A stretch of DNA of 58,204 nt, the filler included, from Sphacelaria rigidula (lineage: Eukaryota): assembly GCA_964200075.2 (NCBI GenBank). It is 8 parts of 8 records of this genome, joined end to end, with 100 filler letters (N's around TTAATTAATTAA, not from the genome) between each part and the next. Parts side by side here need not be neighbours in the genome. Positions count along the whole stretch, not along the records: positions 43,729 to 50,916 come from CAXNAA020016061.1; positions 51,017 to 58,204 come from CAXNAA020016062.1; 6 more parts are not named here. One strand, 5' to 3'. Of this stretch, positions 50,088 to 58,204 are shown piece after piece (position 1 is the first letter of the stretch; each line of letters begins with the position of its first letter). Position numbers and translations under genes: made by a program. The notes under the pieces were generated by a model. That model was given only the letters and a program-made list of their open reading frames with translations. It was not told the DNA's origin and did not search any database.

Positions 50088-50460
50088 AACAGTGAATCCT
50101 AAAAAATGGGGTCGATATCTAAAATGAGGTTCAAGTGGCATATCGTTTTGTAGGGATGACGCGAAACAGTTACTGTACACGAAGCGAAGCCATATTTCCC
50201 CCCAAATGTCTGTAGCAGTGAAGCAGTTGTGGCTAGGTGCACCGAACAAATGCGGTGTACACGCGTGTCGATGATGATATCACCAGAGAGAGAAGCAACG
50301 ACAGAGAGGGAGCTCCTCGCCCGCGTCCTTTGTGTGTCCCCGCTCGCCGATTTTCAATCGCTCGAGAGACTGGCATCATGCATGTTTCCAGCATGTTGTA
50401 CCGAATTTCTCAATATACCGGTAGGCATGTTATTATATTGCTGCGCACAATATACCGGTC
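50088..50460. mobile_element. TIR-family repeat inserted into the Gypsy 5' LTR
   Basis: Begins AACAGTGAATCCT exactly where LTR similarity stops; matches 36441-36637 in inverted orientation. The right boundary is approximate. Confidence 0.7.
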
Positions 50461-50783
50461 GCCCCGGTGGTTCAGTTGGTAACCTCGTAACCTTCTGACG
50501 GTTGAGTAGTGGGGTTCGNNNNNNNNNNAACAGTGGAGAGCGACTATGTCGTGGGTACCCATAATTCGACTTAGCGGTCGACGAGGGAAAGGGACTACTG
50601 AACCCCTCTCACGATAAAAATAGAAAAAGGCAAGCACCGCAGAAGGAAGGTGGGGCATTACAAAAGAACAAAATGCTCCTGTGTTGACCTTCCTCCTGTG
50701 TGACCCCGGCTGATACGCCCACATATACCGAAAGGTGTAGACTTGCGCCCAGAATAAATGGGAAGGCAACACAACACACACAC
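50461..50783 (+). mobile_element. tRNA-derived SINE (Gln-CTG-like head, CA-rich tail)
   Basis: A-box TGGTTCAGTTGG at tRNA position 8 (50468); arm TAACC-TTCTGAC-GGTTG; B-box GGTTCG running into a 10-N gap; ~250-bp body ending CAACACAACACACACAC. Confidence 0.72.
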
Positions 50784-51597
50784 AGCCCCCCAAAGAGCAT
50801 CGAGTGGCGGAGGGATATCGTCTCTTCTTGTCTGTGGAGCTCACCAATGCGAAGATCGATTTCTCTCTGCCTCTCCTTTTGGACAGAACGCGCCTCTGTG
50901 CGCTGAAAAACATGTCNNNNNNNNNNNNNNNNNNNNNNNNNNNNNNNNNNNNNNNNNNNNTTAATTAATTAANNNNNNNNNNNNNNNNNNNNNNNNNNNN
51001 NNNNNNNNNNNNNNNNAGTGAACTCTCTCTGCAATTCTGTGGAGCCTCTATCCTCCCGTTTCGACGTTTCTACCTTTGCCCTTGCTCACGTGTTGATTTC
51101 TTTTTCGAATTCCGGTCCGAGGAAGGGAGGAAGGGGTCGGCCAAAGTGCGACGAATAAATGAAAAGAAGTAAATAATGATCAGAAATAATAGCAATAATA
51201 ATAGAGTAGATTGGTTCGATTGAGTAATTGGAGTGATGCCACGTTGGGGGTGCACTTTGTCAGCCAAAAAGGTTCTCGGGGCTGATCTGGGTGTTGCAGG
51301 GGCCATTTTGTAAATCTGGGAGTCCGGTCCCCAAAGGGTTAGGGCTGCACAGTAAACCCCAGATATTTGTGCCCCTACAAGAAAAAGAGCGCTCGAACCA
51401 AAAAGTGCACCCCTAACTTGGCATTTCTCATTGGCTGTCGCACATTAGCTCCTTTCTTCTTTTCTTTCTGTGGTTGTTGCTTCTATATTTTTATGTTCTT
51501 TTGCTTTCTTACTCTTCTCTTTTTGTCGCTCCTAACCACGGGCTGGATTGTTGCAGTTAGCTATTGTGAGACGATGAATCAATCAATCAATTGGCTG

Positions 51598-51732
51598 ATC
51601 CACGAGGGACACAGCCGTTGTCATTATCCACCATCCACAAGAAGGATCCAGCCGTAGTCATTATCCACGAGAGGGACGCAGCCATAGTCATCATCCACAA
51701 GAGGGATCCAGCCGTAGTCATCAATCATCCAC
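51598..51732. repeat. About four copies of a 30-bp tandem repeat
   Basis: ATCCAC(A/G)AGAGGGA(T/C)(C/G)CAGCC(G/A)TAGTCAT(T/C) repeated. Confidence 0.8.
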
Positions 51733-52484
51733 AAAATATACGTGTATCCGAGGAAAACAAAATTGAAGCGCTGGCGGAAGATGAAGAGACGTGGAAAATA
51801 TATTTGTACGGAACAAACGAAAAGGAGTAAACCGAGAATGGAGAAACGAAAACAAGATAAACACGAAATCAAGTCGAACCAAAAAAAGTAGAATTAACAA
51901 AAGCATAGACTTGGCCGTCCGCGCGACTATTCTAGTCAGCCTGGATTCCGCGTTTCATTTCGCGAACAAAATTACTGTACCCCCTCGTTTTTGTTCCTCT
52001 GCAGTCCACCAAAAAATTCAATATGCCCCGAGCGCAAAGCTAGAAATTGGATGATGACGCATCAGAAAGTGACGTCATTCATGTGCCCCACAACAACCAC
52101 AAACTGCCGACAGGCAGTAGAGGCAGGAAGGCTTCTACACGCCCACAATAAATAGCTGCCAATTGGCACAGATAACCGACCACACTGCAAGGGATCGCTC
52201 AGAGTCTTAACTTGGTGTGCCTACTGTAGTGTGCTGCTCACGCACAGTTTGCATGCAAGGTGTTCGCCTCCTTGCCCATCACAAGTCTGGGCAGCGTTGT
52301 TATTCGTTGCGCACACTCGCATGATGCTTAATTGCCATGGTAGCACGGGATCCTGAGAAATGGGAACGATACTTTTTTATGGGAACGAGCTGAGGTCGAA
52401 GTTATATATCATGGTGCAACTGGTATCCATCAAACGCGCCGTTGAAGGATACCAATGAGTCATGCTACGATAGAGGAGGGGGGG

Positions 52485-52995
52485 GGTAGGAGGGGCACTC
52501 ATTTGTTGCTTTCTTTAGTCGTTGGATAATTGGCAACGTATCCCTTTCGAGACGGAGCACCGTTCCTACTACTAATAGAGACACCTCCAACATTTCGGCG
52601 CTCACTACGTTTCTTCCGTACATCACACAGAAACGTTTTACGTACCTTGAGCCCGTGCTGTTTCGCCGCCTGTGGCCACCATCTACCTCCTAGCATTGCC
52701 GTCGTTTTATCCCTACAGTACTGCTTAATGCATCAAACGATTTCGTGCCACCGTCGTTCACGTCCCGATAGGGTGGGAGGGCGTACTCATTTGTTGTCTG
52801 CCTTAGTCGTCTGACCATCGACCACGCATTCCTCTCGAGACGGAGCACCGTTCCTACTCCTAATAGAGACACCTTCAACATTCCGGCGCTCATCACGTTT
52901 TTTCATACATTGCACAAAAAACGTTCACATATCTTATCCCCGTCCTGTTTCACCGTCTGTGGCCACCATCCATCTCCTAGTATAGCCATCGTTTT
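52485..52995. repeat. Two diverged direct copies of a ~220-bp repeat next to a GAGTCAT-family terminus
   Basis: 52485-52708 and 52772-52995 share ACTCATTTGTTG, TCGAGACGGAGCACCGTTCCTACT-CTAATAGAGACACCT and CTGTGGCCACCATC. Confidence 0.88.
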
Positions 52996-53899
52996 CTCAC
53001 TTACTCGGGGGGGGGGGGGCAAGTAGCACGAAGCGAATACGGATTATGGGCAATGCCGTAGATACGCCCTCAAAGCGCCCTCTCCGCGGTCCAGACTGGG
53101 TGAAACATGAGTGAATGCATATGTTGACGTTGGCGCGCTCATTTCCACGTCGTAACCTGCTGGGCGGATTCTGCGCTGGCAAGCAAACATCTTGTGGAGC
53201 CATCCTACAATAGGGGGGGAGGGGTGTTTCCCAGCAAAGAAGGAGGTACATGGATATTCAACTACTTCCGTTTTTCACCAAACCTCAACAGGTCTGATGA
53301 GAGCTCATCCGATGCACCTCCCATGACTATACGAGGCAAGCGTGTCTGTCAGTTGACGAAGTTGATGATATCTACTCTTGCCCTAGAATCCCCCATCCTA
53401 TTCCGATGGTGCTTTGCGTGCGACAAGAAAGTGATCCATGTCGCGCCCCGATTTCGTTGGAGGGTCGACGCGGGTCGAAGCCGTCGAGCTGTTCGGCTAA
53501 GCACTCCTACATACGCCCAAACATTCTGCTCACGTCTAGCTCCCTTTTCGTAACAGAGCTGTCGTTGGACACCCGACGCGACTACTTCGTTGTTGGCGGT
53601 ATGATGCCTTCGCGAGAGACGGGTGCATTTTCTCCGATCTACCGTCGCGGCAGCTGCTGCACCTGCACGACTAGAACGCGGGTTGCCTGAGCGAACCTTC
53701 GCCGCTAGAACGACATATTGCGGCGAAAGGGACGAATGCTTCTAGCTGAGTATTTGAAGCGCTGCTGCCCACAGGTAGTAGCATGAAAGTGAGGTGTGAG
53801 TGAGGAAATAAGCTTATGGTGCTGTTTCACGGGAGAGTTGTGGGTCCAATTTCACTGGAGAGGAAGGCGGCGTGCGAATTTCTCTTCCAGACTCCCATA

Positions 53900-55340
53900 A
53901 CAATAAGTGAGTGCAATTTTCGCTACGGACTTCACGCGCGCACGCAATATTGGTGCTGTTCCTGCTATGAGGGGTAGGATCTGGATATTGATACAGAAGC
54001 ATACAGAAGAAATTATCAATGATAGACTCGCTGCACGTATGGACACCATGCGCAGTGTGGCTATATGGGCGGTGATAGATTATTCGTGGGCTCAAGAAAA
54101 GGTGCTGTGCCGCTGTGAAAGCTAGCCCGGCAAGCACTGCCCCCTGGGCCTAAATGTGGCCACTGCCCTACATGACGTGTGGGGCATCTTCGTGAGTCGT
54201 ATTCCATGTGCGTAACATTCTGTTTGCGTATGTCCGAGCCAGCATCCTGGGGGTTCAAGAGATCTGGTGAAGCCTACACGTGCGCGTCAGGCGCAACAAA
54301 CTTCGTTTTGCTTTTCGTATGCAAGAGGACGACGTTCTTACGCGGATACAGACTTGAAGTAGCCCAAGCGCATGTGGATGGCAACTGCGGTCATCTCCCT
54401 CTCAGTTAAGAGCACGAGGAACACATGCTATGGTACATTTAATGCCACCATCGCTAGGCATTGTGTACATTCTGGCGAAGATCAAGAGAGAACGAGGGGT
54501 TCTCATAGCAAAAATGCAAGTCACACAATTACACATACAAATCTATGAAATGATGCCTTACCGCAGATGCGAGTTTGAGGATACCTATCGATGCAGATCC
54601 TTCGTAGTTCCAAGCATGAAGCGCACCCGTCGTCTCCTACACGTCTCCGGGCGCACGCATTCCATGTGGTTGTCGGGGACCAACGGCTCCTGACAGGCAG
54701 GGTCTGTTTACTCGTGTGTCAGTTAGTTCTCGCTTGGCGACTGCTGAGTGTTCCTGTGTATGCTATTACATCTACAGTGAAGGAGATGGTGTCGGTGCAG
54801 CTGCGCTCGCGGTCCTGCTCCCTACTATCAATTCGTGGTCAACGCACACGCCAAAGAAACACGAGCGGAAGTGCTTCGGTATGTGGCAGCATTGCGACAC
54901 CACGATATATTCTTCCCGCTTGCATGAACCGCCGGAGACGCTCATGCATCAAAATATGGGTCGACATCGCTTACACGCTAACGACGAATATCCTGAGCCA
55001 AGCGGAACACCTAGAATGTGGCGCACGGGTGAGTCGACCGATCTGCTCTGTGTTTACTGGGGGCAGGAGACGGCGGGGGAAAGGGAGGAAGTGGGTCATC
55101 ATCACCAGTCATCATTGCGCGCTACTCACAGGAGCGATGGGTCGCCCGGAGACCAAGCATCGCATCTGCGGTTCTCGCAAGCGGCGACGAATTCTTCCGA
55201 AATGCCGTTGCCCAGACTTCGCTTCACGGAGGAGGAATTGACGGTGTTGCCAGCAGCCCATCCTGTAAGTGCCCGACTCGTCTATCCCCCCATTGCGGAA
55301 GCCTTATTGGCGGGCTTGGAAAGGAAGCTTTTCGCGGCCG
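53900..55340 (+). mobile_element. Possible fossil of an RLE-type non-LTR retrotransposon C-terminus
   Basis: Eroded motifs in the expected order across frames: SVCGSIATPRYILPAC (CCHC-like), YTLTTNILSQ, GRPE, ELTV, LERK. Confidence 0.35.
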
Positions 55341-56007
55341 CGAAAATCACGTCAGAGTCGTGAGTAGCGGTGGTGGTGAAGTCCTCGGGGGTCTTGAAGA
55401 ACGAGTATCGGATCATGGTACGCACAACTCTGCCCCGGATGCGAAAACTATTCCGTGGCCCGTGGCGAAGGATAGATACTTTCATCTTTTTTTGTATTAT
55501 TGGAGAGTGCCTAGACTGAGTCGGCCCTATGACTGAGGGATCAGATGTTGAGTGAGCCCAGGTGATAGCGTGGTTGCCAGCCCGGGCGTGGTACTGTAGT
55601 CACACAAACTCGACTACCAGTACCCGCACGTCCGCATTAATCTATCCGCACATGTGCATGTTCACTCAGTGTACCTGTTCACATGAACACCCCCTCCGAA
55701 CCGGTACACAAGTCGTCGTGGCTTTCTCCCTCTCAAAAAGAAAAAGTTTCAAGGGGGAGGAAACCCGACCACCCAGGCAAAAACCCCCTCCCCTCAACAG
55801 CTTGTGCTCCATCTTGATAATCCGTGGACGCCGGTCAAGGCAAATTCACGACATGTCAGCAAACGCCCTACAAAACCCATGCCCCTCAAAGTAGCGTGGG
55901 TGGCTTAACCCAAAATGCGTATAAGTGCATTACTTGAACATCTGAAAATACCAGGCACGAGCACAATGGTACACACAAAAGACGTACCTACTTGTCACCT
56001 TCCAAGT

Positions 56008-58204
56008 TCATAAAGAACGTATGTAACTCGTAAACAGGCTGATCGAGAGAGGCTTCGTCGAAATATCTGCATGCTGCCATCTTGAGCCTACATGTACAAC
56101 CCTGACTTTTCCCGTCCCCACCAGCTCTCGAATGAAGTGATATCTCACGCCTATGTGCTTACTCCTTTCGGAACTAAGAGAATTCCCGGCCAGAGCGTTT
56201 GCTCCCTCGTTGTCCTCGTACAAAAGGATACCTTGGTCCTCCCCGCACCCCGACACAGTCTGCAGTCGCAGGAACGTCAGCACTGCCTTCACAAACAATC
56301 CCTACCTTGCCCCGTCGGCCATTGCAACATACTCTCTGCCTCCGTAGTTTACAGAGTTACGCACCGACACTACCACACCACCGTACATCAAGGCTACCCC
56401 TGATACCGAACGCCTATCCGTTTCCTTCTTAGCGTTATCTTCATCGCAGTAGACTGAGAGCCTATCATGACCTTTCTTGAACGTAAGTCCAAACGCCTTT
56501 GTCTCATTGAGATACTTCGAAACTTTCATCACAGCTTCCCAGTGTCTCTCGCATGGGTCATGCGATTGGCGAGCAAGCGCTCGTACCGAATTCGCGATGT
56601 CGGGTCTGGTGACTGTTGCCAGCCACATCAACCCCCCCACTGCGTTACAGCATGGGCGATTCACCTTTTTGTCTTCGCCCGTTGTCGGCCCCAACGTTAC
56701 AGAAACAGAGGCAGGGATTTCCGAGTACCCCCTCGCCTCAAAACGCTCAAGGGGCGTGTCACTGAACGTGGTTTGCGTCACAGACAGCGTGCCTCTATCC
56801 CAGTCTCTGTCCACTGCGCACCCCATGTACCAGGTGACCTCTCCGAGATTGTTCGTGGGAAACTTTGTGTTAAGGATTTGGCCCACCTTTCCTACGTATT
56901 CCTCAGGACCACTGATAAGGATGTCGTCCACATGGAAAACTGAAATCACACGTACGTCTCCTGCATTCTCCATCTTGAAAACACATGGGTGAGCCTCACA
57001 CTGCACCATCCCGACATCCTCCAGCAAATTTTGGCACAAAAGACGAGACCACTGCCTGTCCGCTTGCTTGAACCCGTAAATAGATTTTTCAGGCTTTACG
57101 GTCACGTCCGTTAGAACGGAGCATCCTTCAGGCAACCTCATGTACACTGCAGTATCCATTTCTGCTTGAAAAAAAGCCCGTGTCATATCAAAATGGTACA
57201 GCGGCCGCTCTTCCTGGACTGCCACTGCAATGACCAGTTTGATGGAGGTCATGGAGGGCGTTGCCGCGAAAGTCTCGAAATAGTCGACTGCAAAACGTTA
57301 TCCGAAACTTCGCGCTACCAACCTTGCTTTTGCCTTCGTTACAGTACCATCTGCGTCGGTCTTCCAACTAAAAACCCACTTCGCTGAAATCACGTTTGCT
57401 GCTTCCCGTACAGAGCCAGTCGAAAATGTTCCAGCCTTTTCGTGACCTCCTAGCTTGGCCTGCATCGCGCCTAACCATGCCTCTAGAAATTCTGATTTGG
57501 CAATGTCATCCATACTGGTTGGTGCCGCCTCTATTTCGCTGAAGTGTAGACTAACCGGTGAACGCAAACCGAATTCAGGCTGCCCTACCCTATTTTCCTC
57601 ATCAACAAAACAAAAAAGAAGTCGTTTTCAGCTAACTCGTGTTGAGTCGAAGCCATCGCGTCTTGTCCGGCCAGCTGTCCTGCTGCCGCGGTGATCATCT
57701 CCATGGTTAAGCATTTATCCTCCGCCATTCCCGCCAGCGCCATCTCCGCTTACTTTTTGTTCTCCTCCGCTCCGCTAGCCACCAGCGTTTCATCTCGTGC
57801 GTGTGCCGACCCCATGACCTCGCGCGTTTGGCTCCTCGCACGCCCCGCCCTTGGTGTTGGTAACCGGTCAGCCCATGCAAGACGGCGTTGCTCGGTCCTC
57901 GGGAGTTGAGAAGCGTCGCTGCTCCCCCCGCCATCTTGCGAGGGAACCGTGAAAGAGGGTGACAGTGCGGGCGACGAGGCAGTGTCCGATGCCGATGTGA
58001 GCGTCGGCGTAGGTGTCGGCGTCGGCGTAGGTGTCGGCGTCGGCGTAGGTGTCGGCGTCGGCGTAGGTGTCGGCGTCTGCGCTGGTGTCTGCGTCGGCGT
58101 AGGTATCGGCGTCTGCGCTGATGTTGACGTTGATGATGATGATGATGATGATGATTCCGGCTCAACCTCACCCCCTCCGTTGACAAAATCTGAAACGGGG
58201 ATCT
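56008..58204 (-). mobile_element. Decayed Ty1/Copia retrotransposon (INT-RT linker, RT, RNase H)
   Basis: NVISAKWVFSWK...AKARLVAR; HFDMTRAF; KSIYGFKQA; HVDDILI; TRPDIA; DRRSVSG; YEDNEGA; RSKHIGVRYHFIRE; QHADISTKPL. Frameshifted. Confidence 0.95.
58003..58118. repeat. 18-bp tandem repeat (Pro-Thr-coding on the minus strand) in the Copia linker
   Basis: GTCGGCGTAGGTGTCGGC repeated about six times, with variants. Confidence 0.85.

Noticed and set aside
50461-50530. Functional tRNA-Gln gene
   Set aside because: The D-stem is poor, the 3' end is hidden by Ns, and it runs into a long body with a CA-rich tail, which fits a SINE better.
57707-58186. His/Arg-rich 159-aa ORF
   Set aside because: Alternative-frame reading of an 18-bp repeat and a (CAT)n microsatellite in the Copia linker.

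Overview
Eukaryotic, intron-rich, repeat-rich DNA, most likely from a brown alga (photosynthetic stramenopile: it encodes an aureochrome and has kb-sized GT-AG introns). The window is not one locus. It is eight contigs of exactly 7188 bp joined by seven artificial 100-bp linkers (N44-TTAATTAATTAA-N44; 8x7188+7x100=58204), so nothing can be inferred across linkers. Contig 1 holds the 3' part of a SAM + ankyrin-repeat gene (5 exons). Contig 2 holds a head-to-head pair: an unknown basic protein and the first two exons of an FHIP/FAM160 (RAI16-like) gene. Contig 3 holds four exons of an aureochrome (bZIP-LOV blue-light transcription factor). Its LOV domain keeps the photoactive Cys but has Leu in place of the near-invariant signalling Gln, which is the most interesting observation here. 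Contigs 4-8 are mostly decayed transposons: Ty1/Copia, two Ty3/Gypsy (one with a chromodomain), an APE-type LINE, a possible RLE-type non-LTR fossil, several MITE/foldback families, tRNA-derived SINE-like elements and minisatellites, often nested. All gene models and alignments were made by eye; no database search was run.
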